This document shows positions 23,630 through 34,050 of a DNA stretch of 64,000 bases, piece by piece. Where the stretch lies: positions 103,262,211 to 103,326,210 of the forward strand of contig NC_090371.1 in assembly GCF_036365525.1 (NCBI RefSeq), in the 5' to 3' direction. The translations under genes were made by a program, and so were the position numbers. Positions within the stretch are counted from its first letter, which is position 1, and every line of letters begins with the position of its first letter. Under the pieces are notes generated by a model, which made no database searches, was not told the DNA's origin, and saw only the letters and a list, made by a program, of their open reading frames with translations. The stretch comes from Heterodontus francisci. Lineage: Eukaryota.

Positions 23630-25119
23630 CAGTACTTGTCTGCCTTATTTAAGGAAGTATGTAAATGCATTGGAGGCAGTAGAGAGAAGGTTTACTAGAG
23701 TAATACCTGGAATGGGTGGCCTGTCTTAAGAGGGAAGATTAGATAGGCTAGGCTTGTATCCGCTGGAATTTAGAAGAGTAAGAGGCGACTTGATTGAAAC
23801 AAATAAGATCCTGAGGGGTCTTGACAGGGTGGATGTAGAAAGGATGTTTCCCTTGTGGGCGCATCTTGAACTAGGGACCATTGTTTAAAAATAAGGGGTC
23901 ACCCATTTAAGACAGAGATGAGGAGAAATTTTTTCTCTCAGAGGGTCGTGAATCTTTGGAACTCTCTTCCTCAAAAGGCGATGGAAGCTGAGTCTTTGAA
24001 TATTTTTAAGGCAAAGGTAGATAGATTCTTGATATGCAGGGGGGTGGGAGGTTATCGGGAGTATGCAGGAATGTGGCGTAATCAGTTCAGCCATGAACTT
24101 ATTGAATGGCGGAGCAGGCTCGAGGGGTCAAGTGGCCTACTCCTGCTCCTAATTCATATATTCGTATGTTGTTCGTATGTTCGTAAGACTCCGCCTCAGC
24201 AGGGAAGCTGTCACTGACCTCTGCACTATGATGTAGAAGAAGCTGTGCCTTAGGGGAATTGGTGGGAATCCAATCCCAGTGGTGCTGAAGGTCACCATGG
24301 CACTGAACTTCAACATATCATGGATCATTCCATGGATCCATTGGGTCTGCGGGCGATCAGTGCATCAAGGAGAGCACCAATTCCCTTTTAGGAGGGCAGG
24401 CAACTATGCACGTTTCTGCATGGATGCCAACTCACAAGCTGAGAGGGCCATCGGTTTTGGGGCCATTGCTGGATTCCCCCAGTTGCATGGTGTCATCAAC
24501 TGCACTCATGTGGCCATCAAGACTCTGGAACACCAGCCAGCAGCCTTCACCAACAGGAAGGTCTTTCACTCCTTCAATGTACAACTGGCCTGTGACCACC
24601 GTAAATGAATCTTGCAGGTCTGTGCACGCTTTCCAGGAAGTTGTCATGATGCCTACATTTTGAGGCAGTCCCAGGTGCCGAAGTATTTCAGGTCTCCCTC
24701 TGGAATGGATACTTGGAGACAAGGGCTACCCACTAAGGACATGGCTACTGACGCCTGTAAGGATCCCAAACACAGATGCAGAGGGGAGGTTCAACGTCTG
24801 CTACGTGACAATGCGTGCGACAATAGAGCAGGCCATTGACCTGCTGAAGATACAATTCAGGTATCTAGATCAGTCTGATGGAGCCCTTCAGTATGCCCCG
24901 TCGAGGGTCTCACGCATCATGATGGTTTGTTGTGCACTGCACAACCTGGCGCTGCAGAGAAGGGAGCTGATGAGCAACAAGGATAGTGAGGAGTGGACTG
25001 CCTCCTCAGACGATGAGGATGTGGAGCGGGAAGATGGGCAAGCAATGCCAGATGAATGGCCCCAGAGACCACATCAAAGATGCCATGAGATACATGCAAT
25101 GGAGGCAGCAGGCAGTTGC

Positions 25120-26560
25120 AAAGGTGTGTTATGTGCTAGAAGAACACCTGCAGACAGCTTGCATCACAGAGAAGTCAAGTTCACATCTTCCCTCAAGGTT
25201 TATGCCTCCAGAAATTTACAGATTAGCACAGAGGGCATCTGCAGTATCACCCACTTTGCAAACAGATGTACCAGGCAGGTGCACAGTTCAGCCACACGCT
25301 CATCTTTCCTACAGAAAAGCAAACCATCTAATGCCATTGCAATGCTAATGCTCTAAATTCCAAGGATGTTGATGGCATCCATTTAGCCATCTGGACATGT
25401 GGACACGAACGCTATGGCCTCCTGAAAGGACTTCCACTCCATTGGTGAACTCGAATCATGCACAGCAATATTTGGGCTGGAATCTTCTTCGGTGAAGGAA
25501 GAGGTGCCTGGCCCATGCCAACTGCATATCGATGAGCCGCCGCAATCTTCCATGCAGTGGCTCATTTGAATGGACAGGGCAGTCCGCTCCCCCCCTGCCT
25601 GATCACATGGAGGGCGCGGCCCATCCATCATTGGCAATGGTGTCAGCTGCCTGTGTGTAGGCAGTGACGCCATTTTTAAAGAGCTTATTTTTGGACCTCT
25701 CCCCCACCCAATAACCACAATTATAAATACTTGCCCTCGCCACCCCAAAACACCTACCTTTTTCAACTGACCTTCCCTGCCAAAGTGCATAGAATATAAA
25801 CTTTACCCATTCCCATCATCCCTGCACCAATGCGAGACCTTTATTGCTGCTCACCCTCCACTCCCACAAAGAAAATATTACCTGCTTCCCCCCACCCCCC
25901 AACCAGTGTGACACCTCGATTCCCCGGACAGAGATCGGAAGGCATGAGAATGCCGGCCAGTGGCAGGAAGATTGCACCGGGGCCGCAGGTGGTGGCGGCT
26001 TGCAATTAAGTCGGGTGTGTAAATATATTTAACTATTTAAATGTAGGGTCCATCGCCAAATGACGGGGGTGCCACGACGAGGCCTCTCCACCTCCGTGAA
26101 GATCGGGCCGGGCCCTCACGGTCAGGGTCAGGGGGCGGGCCTCCTCCGGAGCGATCTTCAGGCCTCCCTTGCCACAGATCCCAACGCCTAGGGGGGAATT
26201 AAATTCAGCCCTTGGTTTCCAGGCAGCAACAACAATGCTTTCATTCTTCAACAACCATGTCTGCTATCTCAATTTGTGGGCGAGAATGTCTCTTCAAAGA
26301 CCAAGCTACCTTGATTACATATGACAAGCTTATGTCAGCCACAGGCAGAAGCAGATAGAACAAAGCCAGTTGAAACAATAGAATCATTATAGAGCTTATT
26401 ATTGGCATCCTAATGCAATGTTTCAAATGCCTTGACAGATCTTTCTCGGATACATGATCACTGTCTCCAAGATCATCAGCAACTGTTGTATGCTGCATGA
26501 CTTTATGTTACAAATACACCTAATCACAGTGAAGGATGAGACTACCCTGCAATTAAGGCA
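25120..26560 (+). pseudogene. Older Harbinger transposase relic interrupted by a MITE
   Basis: [37 protein letters not shown], [MITE], FPGSNNNAFILQQ, IIELIIGILMQCFKCLDRS, VSKIISNCCMLHDF. Confidence 0.7.
25474..26211. mobile_element. Harbinger MITE, same family as 18009-18789
   Basis: Ends GGGCTGGAAT and AAATTCAGCCC; internal colinear homology (GGCAATGG.GTCAGCTGCCTGTG etc.); imperfect TSD TTT/TTG. Confidence 0.8.
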
Positions 26561-27354
26561 GAAGCAGAACACAGGCAGTGATGCACATGACGCTCCTACA
26601 GAAACTCCTTTGCAACCAGAAAAGCTATTATGCCTGGCACTCATAATTTATTCAGATAAGTACCAAAGCTGTAACTTTGAAGAACCCTCCTATCTACATG
26701 TACCCAATAAAGTGGCCCAAAACACCATCCCCAGAGAACCATTGTTCTCTTCATTACCTCAATGACAACAATGTCCATCTTTACTAGTTTATTCTTTCTC
26801 ACATGAAGATATATTGTGGACAAAAGTTCAAATAACATGCTTTGAGTTTATTTCCCTACTTGATACTTTGTGTAATTGATGTTACTGTTTCTTGGCCTAG
26901 CTCTTTTCATTAGTGCTAGTGTAACTGGTGACTCCTTTAAGTGGCTTCCTCATGGAAGAAGTAAATCAGTTGGCTGGCAGGTAGGTTGGAACCACTTAGA
27001 TTTGTCATGGCCTATTACCTACCTGTGATAGCTCTTGACAAGATCCCACAACTGCTTTGACTCTACTAATTCCTACACAGTGTATGACTGCATAGTTGGA
27101 GACAGCCAACTTCTCTACACAAAACTCTAGGCAAACCCTGTAGAATGCTTTGTACAGGCTCAAATGACTCTAGTTGGGCTCAGACAACAATCTTGTTCCA
27201 ATTGCCCATTGTGCATCTCAGAATGGGCATTTGAGTAAATGAAAATGCACCATGCAGCTGGATCATGTTAGGATAAATTTTCAAGGCACTTTTAAGATGT
27301 TGGTGTGACAGGAGTTCTAGTTGTAAGTTTCAACTTGAATGTTTTGTAAGCAAT

Positions 27355-27497
27355 GAAAGAGCTGTAAGGTTGTATTGGGCTGCAGGATATGGTGTAATAG
27401 GTTGGCAGGCAGCCTTTTGTAGCAATACATACTTGAGCACGATGGGCTGAATGGCCTCCTTCTGTGCCATAATTTTTCTATGGTTTTTCTATGGTTG
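27355..27497 (+). mobile_element. CR1 3' UTR tip
   Basis: GATGGGCTGAATGGCCTCCTTCTGTGC and TTCTATGG tail. Confidence 0.7.
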
Positions 27498-28894
27498 TAG
27501 CCATCTACCTACTATGTGACACAGGTGGATAGCCAAATCTTGGCAGGTTTCTTAAGATTAGTCATCTTTTTCCACAATTATGCCAGGCCCTGTGATTACT
27601 GGATACAACAGTCATCATGGCTGTCAATTCATCCCGAATTTACTGCATTGCTGTCCTCTGGGGTCGGTGTCTAGTTGTATAAAACAGAACAGCCCTCTTT
27701 ACACCCACTTCCACTCAAGCACCTGTAAAACAGAGGGTTCAGTTCCTGTGGCACTACACCAATCACACAGAAACTCTGCTGAGTTATTTTGTTTATATCT
27801 CACAGTCTTTTGCATCCTTTTGAAAGCTGCAGCAAAATAGGAAATCCTACCTCTGTGCGCAAGTGTCCAGAGGCAGTTCACTGCACACTGTTCTTTCCAT
27901 AGCCATTCTAGAATTCCTATCTTGATGTGAAAGTTCAGTAATAAGATTCTAGTCTCTGCCGAACAATTTCAAATATATATGCTTTACATGTTTATAGTGC
28001 AGTATAATTGCAAGCTCTTTTACCCACAGAATTACAATAGTGATCATTATTTTCCTCCTACCTTTTACTGGTCTTTCATTCCCCAACAAAAAATCTAGTA
28101 ACATTTTTAAGCTTAAAATGAAAGCTTTTCTATGTAAAAATGACAAACATGCTAAAAATCATGACATACAAGCATTAACTAAAAGAAGTTAATGTAGAAG
28201 AATAAATTAATTGATTCTGTGTTCCCAGTGGGGACTATACTCAAAGGGACTGTGAGTCAGAGATATATCTACAAAACTATAGTCCTAATTTTCTGACCTA
28301 TGTTCCCTTAATCACAGCTCTCCACTGAGAGTTCAAGATTGGTGAATTTTTCTGTATTTTAATCATTCAAAAATTACTGTGCATATTTTTCAACATTTCA
28401 CTCAGAAAGGTATATTGTTTTTGGACATTTTCAATTGTTAGTCAAATTGTACAACAAAATCACCTATTTCCCAGAGAAAAGTTAATTTCATGCAAATATA
28501 TCTTAATGTGATAATGTTTGTCCAATGTTTCATACAGCAGTCTTTTACAGAGCATATAATGTTACCTTAAAATTATTTCTCAGATAAAACTGTGGTATAG
28601 TTTGTTCCATTATGATTACTCTGTCGAAGTAATGGTTCCAGTAAAATCTTAAAATCATGAAGAAATGCTGCAATGGTTGTGAATAATCTACCCCATTTAC
28701 TTCATCTCCTGAGGAAAGGCTCTGCAAAGTTATTCTCTGCTTTCAAATGTAAATGAACCAAAATGCAAGATCACATTCAGCCTTACAATCATGCATTATT
28801 CATCTTTGTCCAGTTACCTTCTTTGAAACGATGGCCTAGATTTTCTATTTTGAGTTATTGTAATACCAGTTTTTATCCATTTATTTTAAAGGGG

Positions 28895-29622
28895 TGTCAC
28901 GCACAACGAAGGTGCGATGATACAACATTCACGGAGTAACTCTGAAGAGTTATGAAAAAACGGACTTTGGCTTTAAAAAATGACCCTTTATTTTTTTTTA
29001 AAGTGAACAATGGTCCAAAATGGCCACTGAAGAGAAGGAGATTAATCTTTTGTATATTCAAATAGCCTGACAAAGGACAAATCTTCAAAGCCAAAAAGTG
29101 ATATTGAAAAACCCATCTCACACCTGTCATAGAAACATTCCAGAATTGAATGTCTTCTCCTAAAACAAAGGAGGTGTGAAGTAGCCACATCCTGGGCCAT
29201 TCTGCGATCACAATGGGAAAGAAATCAGAATGTCTCCTACCAGGAGGTGAGAAGTGACAGTTTTACCTTTTAATAAAAAGAGCCAGAAAGAGAGAGCAAG
29301 AGAGAGAGAGACTGACCCAAAAGGAGAAGCTACTTGTAACTACTGGCATTCCAGAAAGCCAGAAAGCACACGCCCTGCTGGAAAAAAATCTGACATCTAC
29401 GTCATACAGGAGAGAGCTCAAAGTGACCCACCATCTTCAGCAGAGCCTTCAATCAAGAGAGAAATCTACAGTCATCACAGGCCTGCAACCCTCTATACTC
29501 GAGTCTCAAGAGAATTCAACAATTCAACAGCTTTATCGTAACCCTTCTCCCCCCCCCCCCACCTCCCCTAAAACCCACCTACCTCTTTCCCTTCTTTATC
29601 TGTTTCTTCTTTTGTGTGTGTG
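28895..29622 (+). mobile_element. LTR (ERV/Gypsy-type), 5' part of a solo LTR split by a LINE insertion
   Basis: Starts TGTCAC; interrupted at a (TG)n tract that resumes at 39364 and ends GTAACA; its 3' part is homologous to the LTR end followed by PBS-Pro at 30001-30138. Confidence 0.55.
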
Positions 29623-29664
29623 TTTTTTAAAAAATTCATTCCTGGGATTTGGGCTTCGCTAGCT

Positions 29665-30000
29665 CTTCTTTGGCCTCCTTGTCTCGAGAGACAATGGGTA
29701 AGCGCCTAGAGGTGGTCAGTGGTGTCAGTCGCTGTGAGGCAACTATGGAGTGACCTCTCCATGGCGCATGCCTGGGCGAATGTATGGAGGTTGAGAGTTG
29801 CCCAAGCGTCAAAACCCCCCTCTCGGCCTTTCTGGTGGGGTCCAAAGGAGTGCAGAGCACGACGTTTGGCACCGGTATGGCTGCAGGAACTGCCGGAAAC
29901 ATGCCAAAGGTGACACATGACCGCCTACGGGGTTCCACTCCGGATTTTCTGTTAGGGTTTACTCCCTTAGCCGTGGTCTCTCCCGAGACGCCCACAAGGC
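29665..30000 (-). mobile_element. RTE-clade-derived short element (5'-UTR-like part joined to an RTE 3' end)
   Basis: 3' end ...CCCATTGTCTCTCGAGACAAGGAGGCCAAAGAAG (IVSRDKEAKE-type RTE terminus); CpG-rich, so young. Confidence 0.6.
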
Positions 30001-30120
30001 AGCTGTTCATTTGACAAATAAAACAAGTTAGGGTTATACCCTCATAACCAAAAAATACTTGCTGCAGTCAGGTGGGAGTTGAACAGTGCAAACCACCCTC
30101 ACCAGGTGGCCGTAACCAAT

Positions 30121-30138
30121 TGGGGGCTTGTCTGGGAT
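30121..30138 (+). promoter_or_regulatory. tRNA-Pro primer binding site after an LTR end (30001-30117)
   Basis: TGGGGGCTTGTCTGGGAT versus TGGGGGCTCGTCCGGGAT (two CpG-type transitions), directly after ...GGCCGTAAC. Confidence 0.85.
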
Positions 30139-33114
30139 CTGAACTGCCAGACAAACGGGAAATTTGGAAAACGGGAGGGAAACTAGGTCAGCATTTATTG
30201 CCCATCCCTAATTGCCCTTGAGCAGGTGGTGGTGAGCTGCCTTCTCGGACCATTGAAGTCCTTGGGGTGTAGGTACACCCACAGTGCTGTTAGGAAGGGA
30301 GTTCCAGGATTTTGACCCAGTGACAGTGAAGGTATGGCAATAAAGTTCCAAGTCATAGGAACAGGAGTAGGTCATTCCGTCCATCGAACCTGGTCCGCCA
30401 TTCAATACAATCATGGCTGATCATCCACTTCAATGCCTTTTACCCACACTATCCCCATATCCCCTTATGTTATTGGTATTTATAAATCAGTCAATCTCTG
30501 CTTTAAACATGCTCAATGACTGAGTTTCCACAGCCCTCTACGGTAGAGAATTCCAAAGATTCACAACCGGCTGAGTAGAGAAATTTCTCCTCATCTCTGT
30601 CTTAAGTGGCTTCCCCCTTATTTTGAAACTGTGTCCCCTGGTTCTAGACTCCCCAACTAGGGGAAGCATCTTACCTGCATATACCCTGTCTACCTTTAAG
30701 TATTTTGTAGGTTTCAATGAGATCACCTCTCATGCTTCGAAACTCTGGAGAATACAGGCACAGTTTCACCGATCTCTCTTCAAAGGACAGGGTCACCATC
30801 CAAGGAATAGGTCTGGCGAACCTTCTTTGCACTCCCTCTATGGCTATAATATCTTTCCTAAGGTAAAGGGACCAAAATTGTACACAGTACTCCAAGTGCG
30901 GTCTAACCAAGGTTCCATACAATTGAAGAAAGTATTCACTACTCCTGTACTCAAATCCTCTTGCGATAAAGGCTAACCTACCATTAGCCTTCTTAATTGC
31001 ATGCTGCACCTGATGTTAGATTTCAGTAACTTATTGACAAGGATACCCAGGTCCCTTTGTACATCTACACTTTCTAATCTCTTGCCATTTAAGAAATACA
31101 CTGCACATCTATTCCTCCTACCAAAATGGATAACCTCACATTTTTCCACATTATATTCCATCTGCCACATTCTTGCCCACTCACTAACTTTGTCCAAATC
31201 CCCTTGAAGTCGCTTTGCATCTTCCTCACAACACACATTCCCACCTAGTTTTGTGTCATCCACGAATTTGGAAATACTACATTTGGTCCCCACATCCAAA
31301 TCATTGATATATATTGTGAACAGCTGGGGCCCACTAGTCACAGCCTGCCAATTTGAGAATGGCCGTTTATTCCTACTCTCTGTTTTCTGCCTGTTAACCA
31401 ATTCTTAATCCATGCCAGTATATTACCTCCTATCCCATGTGCTTTATTTTGACAACGAACCTCCTATGGGGGACTTATCAACGGCCTTTTGAAAATCCAA
31501 GTATACCACGCCCACCGACTCCCCTTTATCAATTCTGTTAGCAACATCCTCAAAAAATTCCAACAGGTTCGTCAAACATGATTTCCCATTCATAAATCCA
31601 TGTTGACTATGCTCAATCAGATCATTATTATCCATGTCCATTTAACACATCCTTTAGAATAGATTCTAGCATTTTCCCAACGATTGATGCAAGGCAAACA
31701 GGTCTGTAATTCCCTGTGTTTTCTCTCCCTCCCTTCTTAAATAGTGGGGTGACATTTGCGAACTGCGGGAACCGCTCCAGAATCTATAGAATTTTGGAAG
31801 ATGATCACCAATGCATCCACGAACTGCATAGCTACCTCTTTCAATATTCTTGGATGTAGGTCCTAGGGACTTATCAACCTTCAGCCCCATTAATTTCCAA
31901 TACAACCTTCTTACGAATACTAATTTCCTTCAATTCCTCAGTCCCCCAATCCCTTGGATTTCTAATTCTGGGAGATTTCTTGTATCTTCCTCAATGAAGA
32001 CAGATACAAAGTATTCATTTAACTTCTTTGCCATTTCTCTATTCCCCATGATAAATTCTCTGGACTCTGCCTGTAATGGACCCAAATTTGTCAGCCAAGC
32101 GTTTCCATTTTTTACAGTCCGTTTTTATAATTTTTGCAAGCTAACATTCATATTCTATTCTCCCTTTCTTTATCAGTTTCTTCATCCTCCTCTGCTGTAT
32201 TCTAAAATCCTCCCAATCCTCAGGTTTACTACTATTTCTGGCAACTTTATAGGCCTTATCTTTTAATCTTATACAATCCTTAACTTCCTTTATTATCCAT
32301 GGTTGACTGCCTTTACTTCTGGGGTTTTTGTGCCTTGTGGGAATGTATAGTTGCTGTAAACTATGTAATATTTCTTTAAAGACTATGCATTGTCAATGTT
32401 CTATCATACCTTTTAATGTATTTTCCCAATCCACCTCAGCCAATTTGCCCCACATACCTTCATAATTTCCTTTGTTCAAATTTAATACGGTGGCTTCAGA
32501 TTGAACTACCTCACTTTCAAACATAATGTAAAATTCTATCATATTATGGTCACTCATCTCTAAAGGTTCTTTTACAACAAGATTATTAATTAACCCTTTC
32601 TCATTACATAATACTAGATCTAAAATAGCCTGTTCTCTGTTCGGTTCCTCAGAAAACTAACACACTCCAGAAACTCGTCCTCCACAGCATTAGTGTTCAT
32701 TAGGTTTACCCAGTCTATATGCAGATTGAAGACACCCGTGATTACTGCATTATCCATGCTACATGCTTCTCTAATCTCCTGATTAATGCTATGCCCCACA
32801 CTACCGCTACTGTTTGGTGACCGATAAACAACTTCTACCCAATGTTTGCTTCCCATTGCTGTTTCTTAGCTCCACCCAAACAGATCCCACATTTTGTTCT
32901 TCCAATCTGAGATACTCTCTTACTAATGTACTGATCCCTTCCCTCCTCCTCCTCCTCCACCCTCCTCCTCTAACCAAAAAAAAAGGACTCTGGTGTGTTG
33001 ATAAGGTAAGCTTTTTATTTAAGAAGTTCTGTCCGTTGGATTGCTAACCTAACAAGTTTTGACTTTTTGTTTTTGGTTTTTCAGTAGATTTGTTGGGAAT
33101 TTGGAATAGTGGGA

Positions 33115-34050
33115 ATGGAGGTTAAGGCAGTTGTATGTTCCTCCTGCAGAATGTGGGAGGTAAGGGTCGCCAAGAGTGTCCCTGCTGACTGCATCTGTGG
33201 GAAGTGCACCCAACTCCAGCTCCTCGAGAACCGCGTTAGGGAACTGGAGCTGGAGCTGGATGAACTTCGGATCATTCGGGAGGCGGAGGAGGTTATTGAG
33301 AGGAGTTGTGGGGAGGTAGTCACACCTCAGGTAAAAGAAGTAGGTAGATGGGTTACCGTCAGGGGAAGGAGAGGGAACCAGCAGGCAGTGCAGGGATCCC
33401 CTGTGGCCGTTTCCCTCAACAACAGGTATACCGTTTTGGATACTGTTGCAGGGGACGACTTACCAGGGGTAAGCAATGGGGTACAGATATCTGGCACAGA
33501 GTCTGTCCCTGTTGCTCAGAAGGGAAGGGGGAAGAGGAGCAGAACATTAGTCATTGGGGACTCCATAGTTAGGGGAACAGATAGGAGGTTCTGTGGGAAC
33601 GAGAGAGACTCACGGTTGGTATGTTGCCTCCCAGGTGCCAGGGTTCGTGATGTCTCGGATCATGTTTATGGGATTCTTAAGGGGGAGGGGGAGCAGCCCC
33701 AAGTCGTGGTCCACATAGGCACCAACGACATAAGTAGGAAGAGAGATGGGGATTTAAGACAGAAATTCAGGGAGCTAGGGTGGAAGCTTAGAGCGAGAAC
33801 AAACAGAGTTGTTATCTCTGGGTTGTTGCCCGTGCCACGTGATAGCGAAGCGAGGAATAGGGAGAGAAAGGAGTTGAACACGTGGCTGCAGGGATGGTGC
33901 AGGAGGGAGGGTTTTGGTTTCCTGGATAATTGGGGCTCTTTCTGGGGTAGGTGGGACCTCTACAAACAGGATGGTCTTCACCTGAACCAGAGGGGTACCA
34001 ATATCCTGGGGGGGAGGTTTGCTAGTGCTCTTCGGGGGGGTTTAAACTAA
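33115..34050 (+). CDS. CR1 ORF1p: zinc finger, leucine zipper and SGNH/GDSL esterase
   Basis: CSSC...CGKC, LLENRVRELELELDEL, IGDSIVR, CLPGA, HIGTND, DGLHLN; uninterrupted. Confidence 0.92.
   Translation: MEVKAVVCSSCRMWEVRVAKSVPADCICGKCTQLQLLENRVRELELELDELRIIREAEEVIERSCGEVVTPQVKEVGRWVTVRGRRGNQQAVQGSPVAVSLNNRYTVLDTVAGDDLPGVSNGVQISGTESVPVAQKGRGKRSRTLVIGDSIVRGTDRRFCGNERDSRLVCCLPGARVRDVSDHVYGILKGEGEQPQVVVHIGTNDISRKRDGDLRQKFRELGWKLRARTNRVVISGLLPVPRDSEARNRERKELNTWLQGWCRREGFGFLDNWGSFWGRWDLYKQDGLHLNQRGTNILGGRFASALRGGLN
34038..34050 (+). promoter_or_regulatory. Putative -1 frameshift site G_GGU_UUA_AAC_UAA (copy B)
   Basis: ORF1 codon TTA begins at 34042 and ORF2 codon TTT at 34041; the -1 frame is open into the APE domain. 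Confidence 0.6.

Larger units (their letters stand above)
21044..24184 (+). mobile_element. CR1 3' fragment (host of the younger antisense CR1)
   Basis: HLEYCVQY reading continues across the inner insert; (TTCGTATG)n tail; short TSD AAGA at 21040-21043 and 24185-24188. Confidence 0.85.
20784..25100 (+). pseudogene. Second Harbinger transposase, split by nested CR1 insertions
   Basis: MGLIHPGFGD (cf. MGLVHPVFLD at 16849); YLQSSKRQCQ*R rejoins LRLSREAVTDLC across 21044-24184; [64 protein letters not shown]. Confidence 0.88.
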
